A stretch of 64,000 nt of DNA from a virus, in the IMG/VR virus record IMGVR_UViG_3300032401_000006, positions 4,848 to 68,847 of that record; one strand, 5' to 3'. The translations under genes were made by a program, and so were the position numbers. The notes under the pieces were generated by a model. The model saw only the letters and a program-made list of their open reading frames with translations, was not told the origin of the DNA and made no database searches. Positions 19,053 through 29,020 of the stretch are shown piece by piece; position 1 is the first letter of the stretch; every line of letters begins with the position of its first letter.

Positions 19053-19436
19053 CTACAAGTCACAACAGACGGCGCTGCACCAAGCGGCTGCCACCACGCG
19101 GGCGAGTTCGTAGAAATCTGGATGCAGCGTGGACTCTCCGGCACCGACGATTCCTATTTTTCCATACGGAGACAGCTCGGCGATGATGTTCATGGTGACA
19201 CGCCACGTCTCCATCGACACGAAGCGCCAATCATTCCTCTTGAAAAGCCGCATACCACAGAAGACACACGCGAGATTGCACCCGTGAACGGGCTCAAGCC
19301 ACCACCACCATGAATTCACCTTGCCAAGTGGACGCTTGGGATTCTTGCCGAGACTCTCAACCGCCGTTCTCATCTCTCCAACCAGCAGTTTGTCAGCCAA
19401 GAGGCACTTCTTTATCTCCAACAACTGCTCCACCAT
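19053..19436 (-). pseudogene. Truncated radical SAM protein
   Basis: GCNLACVFC (CxxxCxxC) and GAGESTLHP, but stops at 127 aa. Confidence 0.6.
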
Positions 19437-19453
19437 TTATATCTTCTCCTCTA

Positions 19454-20065
19454 TCAACACGTCACCTGACTCACACCCTTGCGCTTGGTGACTCGAAACA
19501 CCTTGTCTGCCTCGTCCATCAGATAATCTGAATGCGTGACGATTATCAACTGAAGCTCGAGTTTCTTGCTGATCTGTCGCAGCATCTCAGAAGCCTTAGG
19601 CACCAAGTCGGCTGATAGATTGACAAAAGGCTCGTCCAAGATTATCACACTCCTGGATCTCGGACGCTGCATCGACCACGATGCTATGCGGAGAGCAAAC
19701 GAGGCAATGTTGACTGCACCACCACCAGACGCCGACATGGGGTCGATCTTGTTTCCATCGCGCTCAAACGTCAGGTCGCACTCCGTCTTGTTGCGTCTCT
19801 GCACGAACTCAACAGACAGTTTGTACGGTTCCCGGTATATCGCCTCCAAAGCCAGCGTGGTGATGTCAGAGATGTGGAAAGTGAGTTGTTGCTGCGTCGC
19901 CAAACCCACGGTGCGTATGACTTCGCGAGCCTCTTCGTGCTTGTGGAGGCTTTTCTTGTTTGCTTCTATGTCTCGTTTGGTGCGAGCAAGGTCATCTTCG
20001 ATCTGACGGGCGCGCCCCTTTTGCTGCTCCAGATGATTGCGCAACGTCTCTACAGTACACGGCAT
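19454..20065 (-). CDS. Rad50/SbcC-like ABC ATPase, C-terminal half
   Basis: Coiled coil, ASGGG signature, IILDEP Walker B, IIVTH; no Walker A. Confidence 0.85.
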   Translation of the reverse strand: MPCTVETLRNHLEQQKGRARQIEDDLARTKRDIEANKKSLHKHEEAREVIRTVGLATQQQLTFHISDITTLALEAIYREPYKLSVEFVQRRNKTECDLTFERDGNKIDPMSASGGGAVNIASFALRIASWSMQRPRSRSVIILDEPFVNLSADLVPKASEMLRQISKKLELQLIIVTHSDYLMDEADKVFRVTKRKGVSQVTC

Positions 20066-20291
20066 TGTAGCGCTCCTCTATGTCGGCCATCTTCTTGTCG
20101 ATCTTCTTTTGAGTCCCGGCCGCGTCCTTGGCCAGCTCTTCCGCTTTGTCCTGAGCTTGAGCGACGGTCTTGCAGTCGTACTCGGTGCGGAGTGCGTCCA
20201 TCATGTACTGCCGCTTTCCGTTCAGCTCCGACACCTTCGCCTTGGCTTTCTCGATGTTTGCCTTTATGTCCAGCAACTCCCTCTCTGTCAT
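19992..20291 (-). CDS. Small coiled-coil protein
   Basis: MTERELLDIKANIEKAKAKVSEL; start overlaps the Mre11 stop. Confidence 0.65.
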   Translation of the reverse strand: MTERELLDIKANIEKAKAKVSELNGKRQYMMDALRTEYDCKTVAQAQDKAEELAKDAAGTQKKIDKKMADIEERYNAVYCRDVAQSSGAAKGARPSDRR

Positions 20292-21178
20292 ACAGACTCC
20301 TTGTCTATCGCCTTCCACACGATGTCCATCACGCCTTGCCTGACCCTGTTCTTCTTCGCCCACTCACGCAGGTTGTCCTCGAACGACAATCCAGCGTCGT
20401 GATCCTCCACCAACTTGGACACGAATGCGTCGATGCGGTGGTCGCGCTCCTCTTTCCTCTCCAAGTGTTCTCTGCTGATCACGTCGTCCATGATCGGCAA
20501 GTACACCGGCTCGGCAGTGTTCATATCCGCGTGCCACAGAAACACACACGGGTGGTGCCCGATCTGATCGGTGGTTGTGCGCATGAGACTTCCGGCGTTC
20601 ACCAGCAACCGTCCCTTGTACTCCTCCACGAACGTCTGATGATTGTCACCGGTCACGATCAGATCAGCTTTGGGGTACATCTTCAACAACTCCAAAGCTG
20701 ACAAATCTTCGCACCCGGGCCAAGGGCGAGTACCCGACCACGTCAGCGTGTGCCACACCATGATCTGACGACCACCACGCTCCAGGTAAGGACAAACGTA
20801 CGGCTCCATGCCAAAGTGCCCACCTGACAACAACTCAATATGCTTTCCCACAGCAAGCACGTTGATGCCGCTCTTGTCCATCAGCTCCAAACTGTGCTGT
20901 GGCATGTCGTGCTGTCCAGCTACGGTATAAAATCTGGCCGGCAAATACTGAATCGCCTTGCTGAGGAGATACGGAGACGGCTTCCAGTGATCGAACAGAT
21001 CGCCGGCGTGGATCACAGGGCAGTCGTGCTTGATCTGGAGCTGCGCCACGAACGACACCTTTTCCCACTGTGCTTTATCAAAGTCGTCCGTGCGACACAC
21101 CGGGCGGTCATCCCGCAAATGCCAGTCATCAGTGAGAATCGCGTCGGCTTTTCTGAGCATGCTGTTGTTTCTTCTCAT
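20288..21178 (-). CDS. Mre11/SbcD-like metallophosphoesterase nuclease
   Basis: DWH, AGDLFD, GQHD, GDNH, NAGSLMR. Confidence 0.9.
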   Translation of the reverse strand: MRRNNSMLRKADAILTDDWHLRDDRPVCRTDDFDKAQWEKVSFVAQLQIKHDCPVIHAGDLFDHWKPSPYLLSKAIQYLPARFYTVAGQHDMPQHSLELMDKSGINVLAVGKHIELLSGGHFGMEPYVCPYLERGGRQIMVWHTLTWSGTRPWPGCEDLSALELLKMYPKADLIVTGDNHQTFVEEYKGRLLVNAGSLMRTTTDQIGHHPCVFLWHADMNTAEPVYLPIMDDVISREHLERKEERDHRIDAFVSKLVEDHDAGLSFEDNLREWAKKNRVRQGVMDIVWKAIDKESV

Positions 21179-22353
21179 TGTGACTTCCCACACAGCGGAC
21201 AAACAGCCATGTTGTCGTGGAATATCTTCTCAAACCTGTTTTGCATTTCCAAGGTCGCTTTCGACTGCCTGTTGTTATCGTCTACCTCGTCCAGGAGTGT
21301 TTTCAGAGCGCCGAGCCGTGTGTTACTATTCCTGCCTGACTCAACGAGCTGTAGAAGCGAGCCTACATCGAATTCCAAGTCCACCAACTTGTTCAGATCT
21401 TCAACTTGCTCATCCAGTCGATTGATCCTCAGTACCGAATCGCACAGAGCGGCCCACCTTGTTTCAGTTTCCTTGTGTTGCTTTATGGAGTCAAGCGTGC
21501 TGCTCACAGAATCAGAGAGATCGACCAACTTTTGCTGGCTGTCAATTACCGTCTCTGTTTCTTCCAGCGCGTTCAGGGTGTTGTTCAAGGATGCACACTT
21601 CGCTTTTACTTCATCACGCTGCTTCATCAAGTCGAAGGTGAGATCCACGGAATCAGAAAGATCGAGCAATACTTGCTGATCGGCGATCTCTGCATCAACT
21701 GCTTTCAATTCATACAGAGCAGTGTCCAGACGTGACCAACTCACCATCAAAGCGACACGCTGCTTCTCCATGCCCTCGACAAGCGTGACGTCAGTCTCCA
21801 TGTCCTTTAGATAGTCGTAGCCGCTGAGCTGCTTCTCCAGATCAACCGCACGCGCAGATCCAGACACGATGGATGCATCCAACTGACGTATCTGCTGCTG
21901 AATGTTTTTCAACCCCAAATCTATGGCGTCGAGGTGCGCGATGGAGTTGAAGTGCTGTGCCACGGCACCGGAGCTGTCGGTCAACAGGAATGGCTGGTCA
22001 AACTGAGATTGAAAATTGAGCTCGGACATGTTCAGGGTCTTGAACACCTCCTCCGGCACGTCGGTTCTTATTGCAGCCAGCGGTGTCTTGCCCACGATGT
22101 ATCGGTCCGACTCATCCTTGACGCGCTCAACTTTGTCACCCTCTGCAGTCTCTATCACCACAGCCGTCGGACCGCCCCACGTGCTCACGAACGCGTGTCC
22201 CTGAGGGCGATTCCATGTGAGCCACCGCAGCGCGCGGAGGATGGCTGTCTTCCCCACGTCGGAGGAACCCACGATGACGTTGATGCCGCGGCTGAACTCC
22301 AGCGTGGTGTCTTCGTGCGATTGAAAGTTACGAAGCGTGAGTTTATAAATCAC
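21175..22353 (-). CDS. Rad50/SbcC-like ATPase, N-terminal half ending in a zinc hook
   Basis: LRNFQSH, Walker A GSSDVGKT, long coiled coil, terminal CPLCG. Confidence 0.88.
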   Translation of the reverse strand: MIYKLTLRNFQSHEDTTLEFSRGINVIVGSSDVGKTAILRALRWLTWNRPQGHAFVSTWGGPTAVVIETAEGDKVERVKDESDRYIVGKTPLAAIRTDVPEEVFKTLNMSELNFQSQFDQPFLLTDSSGAVAQHFNSIAHLDAIDLGLKNIQQQIRQLDASIVSGSARAVDLEKQLSGYDYLKDMETDVTLVEGMEKQRVALMVSWSRLDTALYELKAVDAEIADQQVLLDLSDSVDLTFDLMKQRDEVKAKCASLNNTLNALEETETVIDSQQKLVDLSDSVSSTLDSIKQHKETETRWAALCDSVLRINRLDEQVEDLNKLVDLEFDVGSLLQLVESGRNSNTRLGALKTLLDEVDDNNRQSKATLEMQNRFEKIFHDNMAVCPLCGKSQ

Positions 22354-22415
22354 TTTGTCTTCTCTTTTCTCTTAACTTCGTACACGATGAAGTGAGCACA
22401 ATCCATCTGCATTAA

Positions 22416-22658
22416 TTATAGCCCGATGAGTTTCTTCACCAGCTCGTGTCCTGCATGACCCCACCATTTTAGGACTACAGCGCTCATTGCTTTCTTGCCG
22501 GACTTAATTACCTCGTTGTCAAACTTTGTGATGTCGAATCCGAGAGACAGCCCGAGTGGTGTTCGGACATCCCAAAAGTCACTCAACTCCCGACCAAATA
22601 TGTCTCTGAACTGGAGTCTGCACTGCTTGAAGCGTTCACGTGCCACTATGATGTCCAT
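22416..22658 (-). CDS. Hypothetical protein
   Basis: 80 aa, RBS GGAGGAG. Confidence 0.55.
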   Translation of the reverse strand: MDIIVARERFKQCRLQFRDIFGRELSDFWDVRTPLGLSLGFDITKFDNEVIKSGKKAMSAVVLKWWGHAGHELVKKLIGL

Positions 22659-22662
22659 TTAC

Positions 22663-22962
22663 CTACTCCTCCCAATTCACGCAACCATCTTCGGTGCACT
22701 GTCCACGCAAGTGCCCGCTGTAGGATGACACGAGATACACCAACACACCGTCTCTGCCAACTGTTCTGCAAATCGGACACGGAATCCTGCCCTTCCCGCC
22801 GTGACCCTTGCCGTACTTGCGTGCTTGAGAGTCCTTGAACGCGGCTGCATAGGCGACGATGAAGTCTGTGTCTGGTGCAGGCTTTGATTTGCTGGATGCC
22901 AAGAACGGCAATGGATATCGGTGTCTCACGACTACCTCATGTTTTTCACGACAGATTCCCAT
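22663..22962 (-). CDS. Zinc-finger hypothetical protein
   Basis: CPIC..SYSGHLRGQC..GCVNWEE. Confidence 0.6.
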   Translation of the reverse strand: MGICREKHEVVVRHRYPLPFLASSKSKPAPDTDFIVAYAAAFKDSQARKYGKGHGGKGRIPCPICRTVGRDGVLVYLVSSYSGHLRGQCTEDGCVNWEE

Positions 22963-23528
22963 TCCACCTTCTTGAGTGACTCACGCTGAGCCTTGGTAGC
23001 CGTCTCTCTCTTGAGAAGCACCTGACCGATCTTCATTAGTCCGAAGGCATCGGCCAGATTGTCACTGTCGAGATTCATGTTCCACACTCGGTAGACTTCT
23101 TTCAGCATCAGGTTTTTCTTGATGTTTCCTTTTCCTGACACGAACTTCTTCAGCGTGGACGGAGGCACCTCCACGAACGGCACATCACGTGTAAACAAGT
23201 CCATGCGGACGATGCCGCCGATCTCTGCCCCGCAGATCACGTTGTTGCCCTGTCCACCAAATGCGTATCCTTCGATGATCACCACTGTGTCTGGAGCGGA
23301 CGTGGCCTGACGAATGACACCACGTATCTTCGCCCACTTCTCGTGCCGCGGTGTGACACTCTTGAACGTGATCTCACGAAATAGGAATCCCGCTGTTATA
23401 GTGAACAAACACTTACCACCTTCAGATCCTTCGGACTGAAGAGCATCACTGCAGATGCCTGTACCGTTCAGGGACAGGTCGATCCCCACGATCGTGGTTT
23501 CCGTTGCTGATGACTTTTGCCTTCTCAT
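22932..23528 (-). CDS. RuvC-like Holliday junction resolvase
   Basis: VGIDLSLNGTG, IIEGY, PSTLKKFVSGKGN, DNLADA. Confidence 0.88.
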   Translation of the reverse strand: MRRQKSSATETTIVGIDLSLNGTGICSDALQSEGSEGGKCLFTITAGFLFREITFKSVTPRHEKWAKIRGVIRQATSAPDTVVIIEGYAFGGQGNNVICGAEIGGIVRMDLFTRDVPFVEVPPSTLKKFVSGKGNIKKNLMLKEVYRVWNMNLDSDNLADAFGLMKIGQVLLKRETATKAQRESLKKVEWESVVKNMR

Positions 23529-23981
23529 GATTCCCTCGGTACGAATGGAATGGGTGTGAAAAGATCTTTACTCGGGCCATAATTCTCATCGATGTATCTC
23601 TGCGCCGCACGCTTCGTCGGAAATGCTCGAAAGAAGTCAATCACGAAACTGTCTTTGTTGGTACAAAGTCCGACTTGCCCAGCCAGACTGAAAAGTTGAA
23701 CTGTGTATAGCTTGCGGCGGATCAGTCACACGGTAGTTTGCCTCATCGCACTGCCTCTCGAAAGTGGAAGGGGGCTTTGCCGCATTGGAATATCGTGACT
23801 GGAATGGACAACGAGGCTTGTTTTGGTATCGCGCCCTGCACGTTCCCCCCCATGATCCTTTGCCCCCTATAAATTTTTTTGCCCGCCGTGGCCGTGGCCA
23901 GTGTACCGTGAATGTCCTTAGACCCCCACGGAATAAATCTACGTCAGTGGTGTACCTCCACTGCACGGCGGGCAATCTCGT

Positions 23982-25040
23982 TCAATCTCGCTCCTTGATT
24001 TGTCGTTTCACCATAAACTTTTCCTCGACCTCGTGCCACAACTCGATCACCTCATCGCGGAGTTTCTTGACCAGGCCGCTCTCGACCTCTTCGATCGCGT
24101 CGTCTAATGCTAGACTGAGTTTGTCATTGCCCACCACGTAGGTGCTGCTCTGCGTGACCGTCTTTACATACTGTAGATTGGCGCGGATGTCGTCGACGCC
24201 GTAGTCAAATATTATGACGACCGGTGCAGTGTGGTATGGTGCCCACACGCTGCTCTTGAAGACCTCCACCGTAACTTCGACTCCGTATGTTCGAGTGAAC
24301 TCGGTGCCTCGGATCTTTTTCTTGCGCCGCAGCTTCTCAGGGTTCATGCAGCGAAGCCGCAAACTCGAATAGAAGGAGATGGCTTCGCCACCCGGGCTCT
24401 TGTACTTCAACCCGTATGGACCAGCATCCATGTTTTGTCTGACCTGATTCGAGGCCACCATCAGGAAATTCTTGTCCGTCAAGATGCGACACGTCTTGCG
24501 CAGCTCCTGACTGAATTCCTTGGCGCGGCGCATTCCCATCTTATCCTCGTCCTCCATCTCCATCTCAGTAGAGAGTGCAGCGAGTGAGTCAGCAAAGACG
24601 CCGTGAACGATTTTCTTGTTCGAGGACTTGGGCTCCCACTTTCGTATGGGACGAAACACGGACGGTATCGTGTCTGGTTTCTCGTACTCCATCTTGGACG
24701 TATTCAGACCCATCACCTGTCCGAACTCTTTGTTGAGCCTCGCCTCAGGGTCGAAAAACAGCACGCTGCCGCCCTGTCTCTGTACGTTTCCAGCTATCTC
24801 GCAGAGCATCACCGTCTTGCCAGACGAAGGCGGACCGAAGATCTCCACCAGGATGCCACCCGGCAGCCCCCCACGTGAAAATCTACCACCGCTTATTGCT
24901 AGGTCAAGCAGCGTGCTACCAGTACTGATCACCATGTCATCACTGCCATCATAGACACGCTCCGGCTTGACTTCCTCACGGGTGTGCTCGCGCAGCTGCG
25001 TGCTCAACTTGTCTTCAGACTTGAACTGTCTTCTTGGCAT
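23982..25040 (-). CDS. recA: RecA-like recombinase
   Basis: ISTGSTLLD, GPPSSGKT, DSLAAL, NQVR, PGGEAISFYSSLRL. Confidence 0.95.
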   Translation of the reverse strand: MPRRQFKSEDKLSTQLREHTREEVKPERVYDGSDDMVISTGSTLLDLAISGGRFSRGGLPGGILVEIFGPPSSGKTVMLCEIAGNVQRQGGSVLFFDPEARLNKEFGQVMGLNTSKMEYEKPDTIPSVFRPIRKWEPKSSNKKIVHGVFADSLAALSTEMEMEDEDKMGMRRAKEFSQELRKTCRILTDKNFLMVASNQVRQNMDAGPYGLKYKSPGGEAISFYSSLRLRCMNPEKLRRKKKIRGTEFTRTYGVEVTVEVFKSSVWAPYHTAPVVIIFDYGVDDIRANLQYVKTVTQSSTYVVGNDKLSLALDDAIEEVESGLVKKLRDEVIELWHEVEEKFMVKRQIKERD

Positions 25041-25380
25041 ATATTTTTTTCATCCTGTTGATGATCTTACCAGCGTACGCGGGACCAATCGCTCTGTTGT
25101 GTAGCCACACCGCAGTGTCCTTGAGGTAGTGAGCAAACGTGAGCCGGTTCCTGCCGAACTGAATGACCTTCCACCAGTGCTCGACGCGCGCGCCAGCCAC
25201 GTAGTTTACGAGCTCATCGGCAGATTGACGGTGTGTCACGTACTCATCGACTAATCTGCGGATTGTCTTCGACCGCGTCGTGTCCTCGCTCAGCACCGCG
25301 AGACTGAATAATTCGGATGCCGAGCGGGAGACGTACCCCCCAACCAACACGTTCTCCCGCTCAAACATGCCCGTGCTCAT
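25015..25380 (-). CDS. Hypothetical protein, possible ribbon-helix-helix regulator
   Basis: TTRSKTIRRLVDEY pattern. Confidence 0.5.
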   Translation of the reverse strand: MSTGMFERENVLVGGYVSRSASELFSLAVLSEDTTRSKTIRRLVDEYVTHRQSADELVNYVAGARVEHWWKVIQFGRNRLTFAHYLKDTAVWLHNRAIGPAYAGKIINRMKKIYAKKTVQV

Positions 25381-25390
25381 TTACAAACCC

Positions 25391-26749
25391 TCACTTTCCA
25401 GCTTTTCTGGCGGCCTTCTTGACGTCATAGCATGCTTCCCAGACCTTGCATGCGTCACACTCATCCTTCTTGTCGGTGTCGACGCCGAACTTGTGTCCAC
25501 TCGGACACTCGTCCTTGCTCTTGCGCGTGGACTCTTTGCCAGACTTCTCGGTGGGCTTGTCGTCCTCGTCCTCTTCCTTCTCGGCCTTCTTGCCGGTACC
25601 GTGGCAAGGCGCACAAACGCGACCTTTGCTGTTCTCGCCACTTCCGTCGCATGCGACGCAAGCGTCATCGTCCTTTCGCGAAGACTTCTTGGGCGGCTCG
25701 TCCTCGTCGTCAGAGAGCTTTTTTGATTTGGCAGGGGGCTCATCCTCGTCATCATTCTTTGTGGCCCGCTTGGATTTCACCGGTGGTTCATCCTCGTCAT
25801 CATCGGCAGGCTTTTTGGTCTTCTTGGGCGGCTCGTCCTCGTCCTCTTCTTTCTTGACACGACGAGCGGGCTTGTCGTCCTCTTCCTCTTCCTTCTCATC
25901 GCGGCGAGAGCGTGATTCAGTCTTGCCACGTCGAGCCGGAGCAGCATCGGCATCAAACGGCGGATCATCATCATCCACCTCATCAGCTTCCTTCCCGGCA
26001 CCGTAGAACATCTGGCGGATCTTCTCGTACGGGTGAATGATCAAGATCTTGTCGAGATCCGGCACGCCCTCCAGGAACTTGTCGTCGTAGCCCTCCTTGC
26101 GTGGCTCAAAGTCAATCCTGGATGCATCGGCAAACTTGTTCTTGCCGAGCTGCTCTTCGCTGAAACGGATCGCAACCGTGAAGCCATCCTCCGACGGATC
26201 AAAGAACGCCCTGAACTCCGGCTTCTCGTCTGTCTCTTCTCTGAGTTTGTCCTGGAAGCACCTGCGGCTGATGTCGAAGAGATGAACTTCCTCCTCGTAC
26301 TCCTTGTGACCGATCGGCACGACGGCGTAGAGATTTCTCTCGCTCGGCTTGACGGCCTTCACCTCCTCGTCATCGAACTGCTTCCCTTGTTTGAGCAGCT
26401 TCGACCGGTACTCACACACGGGACACTTCTTCTCCACGCTGGTCGGGCAGACGATGACGCTGTTGTTGACACCGATGTTGCGGTGCATCCTGTACGGTCT
26501 GCGGTACCAGACATCCCCTGGTGTAGCCACACCCTTCTCGTCGTTGCGGCAAGGGTGGTTTTCATCCGACACGACATAGGGCAAAAAGTCGAACTTCACC
26601 TTGTCACCGCCGGCCACCTTCAGCATAGTGATGTCGCGTGGAATAGCGAGGTGTCCACTGCTTCCCCTGCTCTTCTCGCGCTCGTTATCGGCGCCCACTC
26701 TGTCCTTGAAGCTCATCTTCGGTTTCATCCGTTGTCTCCTTTGCATCAA
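25391..26749 (-). CDS. gp32-like ssDNA-binding protein with long acidic repeat tail and Cys-rich C-terminus
   Basis: H..VCP..CPVCE core; DEDEPPxK repeats; adjacent to recA and a UvsY-like gene. Confidence 0.75.
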   Translation of the reverse strand: MMQRRQRMKPKMSFKDRVGADNEREKSRGSSGHLAIPRDITMLKVAGGDKVKFDFLPYVVSDENHPCRNDEKGVATPGDVWYRRPYRMHRNIGVNNSVIVCPTSVEKKCPVCEYRSKLLKQGKQFDDEEVKAVKPSERNLYAVVPIGHKEYEEEVHLFDISRRCFQDKLREETDEKPEFRAFFDPSEDGFTVAIRFSEEQLGKNKFADASRIDFEPRKEGYDDKFLEGVPDLDKILIIHPYEKIRQMFYGAGKEADEVDDDDPPFDADAAPARRGKTESRSRRDEKEEEEDDKPARRVKKEEDEDEPPKKTKKPADDDEDEPPVKSKRATKNDDEDEPPAKSKKLSDDEDEPPKKSSRKDDDACVACDGSGENSKGRVCAPCHGTGKKAEKEEDEDDKPTEKSGKESTRKSKDECPSGHKFGVDTDKKDECDACKVWEACYDVKKAARKAGK

Positions 26750-26761
26750 ATGAAAAGTTGA

Positions 26762-27280
26762 TCAAGACCGACGACGCCGCACCGCTGCGGCCACCTCGGC
26801 ATCATTGTTCTCTTGGCTTTTGTTCTTCTGCCACTCCTTCGTCAAGTCGCGCGGAACTCTGGGCCCGGCGAAGTACAGAAGTCCGTGGAGCTTGACCAGG
26901 TGCTCCAAGGCATCGCGGCGGTGGTCGAACGACTTTACCACTGCCCTGGCTACGTTGAGCTCATAACGAGCTTCTATCAAAGCATCGTTCGCCTGCTTCC
27001 ACTCCGGGACCAGCTTTATGGCCTGCTTGACTCTCTCCTCGCTGATCCGATCTATCCCGTACGCCTCGGGTGTCTTCCGAATGATCGCGTCGAGATCCGC
27101 CACGCAAAGTTCCAGCTTCTCCTCGGCCTTGTCGTAGAGACGCTGCATCTGAGCCGCGTTGCGTCCATACTTCTGCATCAGATCAGGCTGCTTGAGCCAG
27201 CACACGTCCAGTGCGGACTCGTCGATGTTCACTTCATCCTTGTATCTCAACTTCTCGCTCTCCGGCTCGCTCGTCTTCAT
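26762..27280 (-). CDS. UvsY-like recombination mediator (helical)
   Basis: Helical 172-aa protein, IDESALD..QPDLMQKY; position next to SSB/RecA. Confidence 0.6.
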   Translation of the reverse strand: MKTSEPESEKLRYKDEVNIDESALDVCWLKQPDLMQKYGRNAAQMQRLYDKAEEKLELCVADLDAIIRKTPEAYGIDRISEERVKQAIKLVPEWKQANDALIEARYELNVARAVVKSFDHRRDALEHLVKLHGLLYFAGPRVPRDLTKEWQKNKSQENNDAEVAAAVRRRRS

Positions 27281-27283
27281 GAT

Positions 27284-28207
27284 TCACCTCTTCGTGACAC
27301 TGTAGCAATGAAAAACAAGACCTGCAGCCCCACATGAATACAGCGGGGCCATGAACTCCTCGATTATGATCGCAGCTACATCTCTCTTCGACTCATCGGA
27401 GCTGTTGAGAACAACAACTTGACAATATCCCAGAATGGCGTAGCGCACCTTCTCGGGGTCCTCGTCCTTCAGTCCACCAAGTACCGAGCTCACTTTCTTC
27501 CAGTGTGCCCGGTCGATCAGCACACGGCACAACTCGATGGTCTTGTTCTGCTGCTCGGCCGAGTGCTTGGCGACTTCCAATTGCTGCGCTTCGTCCACGG
27601 CGAGCACTTGATCCAGGATCTGTAGAGCGTTGCGAGGGTGGCCCATGCTGTCCATCACGATCTGATCGTACACCGAGTCATCCAACTTCCGCTCCTCTGA
27701 TTTCACCACACGCCTAAGCAGACGAAACATCTGCTTCTCATCCAACCGCTTGACCTCGTACTGACTGCAGCGACTTAGAATCGTCGGCAACAGCTTCTGC
27801 GGATCAGTGGTGGCCAGGATGAAGTACACGTGTGCCGGAGAGTCTTCGAGTATCTTCAAGAGCGCTGATTGGGCATCAGGTGTGGCACGGTGCACTTCGT
27901 CCAGCAACCACACCGTGCACTTGCTCTCCATGGGCTTGAACTGACTTCGCTGCCTGATCTCTCTTATATTGTCGATGCCGCGGAGGTCCGTGATGTCGAT
28001 CTCGTTGAAGTCTCTGCCCTTGGAGTCCAGCACGCTGGCTGTGATCCTGCCTAGCGTGGTTTTCCCGCAGCCCGTCGGTCCGTGAAGCAGCATGGCATGC
28101 GGTCGGTCCTTCTTCTCCAGGTCGGCTTGCAGCGTGTTCACGGTCTGCTGGTTGCCAACCACGTCATCAAAAACTTGAGGGCGGTATCTGTGATAAAGCG
28201 ACATCAT
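27284..28207 (-). CDS. Clamp-loader AAA+ (DnaX gamma/tau-like)
   Basis: LYHRYRPQVFDDVVG, GPTGCGKTT, LDEVH, TILSRC. Confidence 0.92.
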   Translation of the reverse strand: MMSLYHRYRPQVFDDVVGNQQTVNTLQADLEKKDRPHAMLLHGPTGCGKTTLGRITASVLDSKGRDFNEIDITDLRGIDNIREIRQRSQFKPMESKCTVWLLDEVHRATPDAQSALLKILEDSPAHVYFILATTDPQKLLPTILSRCSQYEVKRLDEKQMFRLLRRVVKSEERKLDDSVYDQIVMDSMGHPRNALQILDQVLAVDEAQQLEVAKHSAEQQNKTIELCRVLIDRAHWKKVSSVLGGLKDEDPEKVRYAILGYCQVVVLNSSDESKRDVAAIIIEEFMAPLYSCGAAGLVFHCYSVTKR

Positions 28208-28271
28208 GATCTCCAGTTCACTTTATTATTCTCAAGAGCGGTGTTGACTTTCAACAAAAGTTCAACAATAA

Positions 28272-28490
28272 TCAATCGTCATCGTCATCTCGGAGACGTG
28301 GTGACCGATACGAAGACTTGTACTTGCTCTTCATCATGCGTCCGGCGGTCTTGTCTGACAGCCGCGTCATGTTCATCGGACGCCATCCATAAGCATTACC
28401 AATGTACGTCCACACATCACCATCCTCGTCCAACGCTGTGAGCAGTCCATCGTTGGCCACGAGCTGAACAAACTTGCTCTCTCGCTCCAT
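28272..28490 (-). CDS. Hypothetical protein
   Basis: 72 aa with RBS. Confidence 0.5.
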   Translation of the reverse strand: MERESKFVQLVANDGLLTALDEDGDVWTYIGNAYGWRPMNMTRLSDKTAGRMMKSKYKSSYRSPRLRDDDDD

Positions 28491-28662
28491 GTGATTCCTT
28501 CCTTTTCCGTCAAATACTAGAACGGTGGATCGTCATCAGCAATACTCGGTTTCTCAATAAACTCTTTAACTCGGGCCAATGCAACTTTTAATTCATTTCG
28601 GAACTTACAGAATATTCTGATCCTGATGTCCCTGCTCTTGGCAATTAATGGGAGCTTGTCGC

Positions 28663-29010
28663 TCAGGTCTTCAGAAGTGTAGTCGTGGTCACCCATATCC
28701 AGAACTCTTCATCGGAGTGCATGATGAGAATATTGTAGACCTTTCCATTTTGAGTGTGAATATAGAAACTTCGCTTGTAATCAGGCTCCATGTCGATAGC
28801 AGCTCCAGAAGCACCAACGGCATACTCACTCAAATCATCTTCAGATATGAATTTGTGAGGCACAATCAAATCAATATCAGATGTGCCCTCGATGAAACCG
28901 CCCAGAACCTTAGAGCCGGTGATCACCGAATTCTTATAAATATCCCGAAACAGCTTCTCTGGTACTGCGGGTACTTCTTTCAACAATTGCAACATCTCTG
29001 GATCCAGCAT
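28663..29010 (-). CDS. Minimal nucleotidyltransferase-like protein
   Basis: ITGSKVLG..SDIDLIV (GS..DxD). Confidence 0.65.
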   Translation of the reverse strand: MLDPEMLQLLKEVPAVPEKLFRDIYKNSVITGSKVLGGFIEGTSDIDLIVPHKFISEDDLSEYAVGASGAAIDMEPDYKRSFYIHTQNGKVYNILIMHSDEEFWIWVTTTTLLKT

Positions 29011-29020
29011 TACACACCCC

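Noticed and set aside
25690-25900. CRISPR-like or tandem DNA array
   Set aside because: The repeats are degenerate codon repeats of the SSB acidic tail, with no constant repeat-spacer structure.
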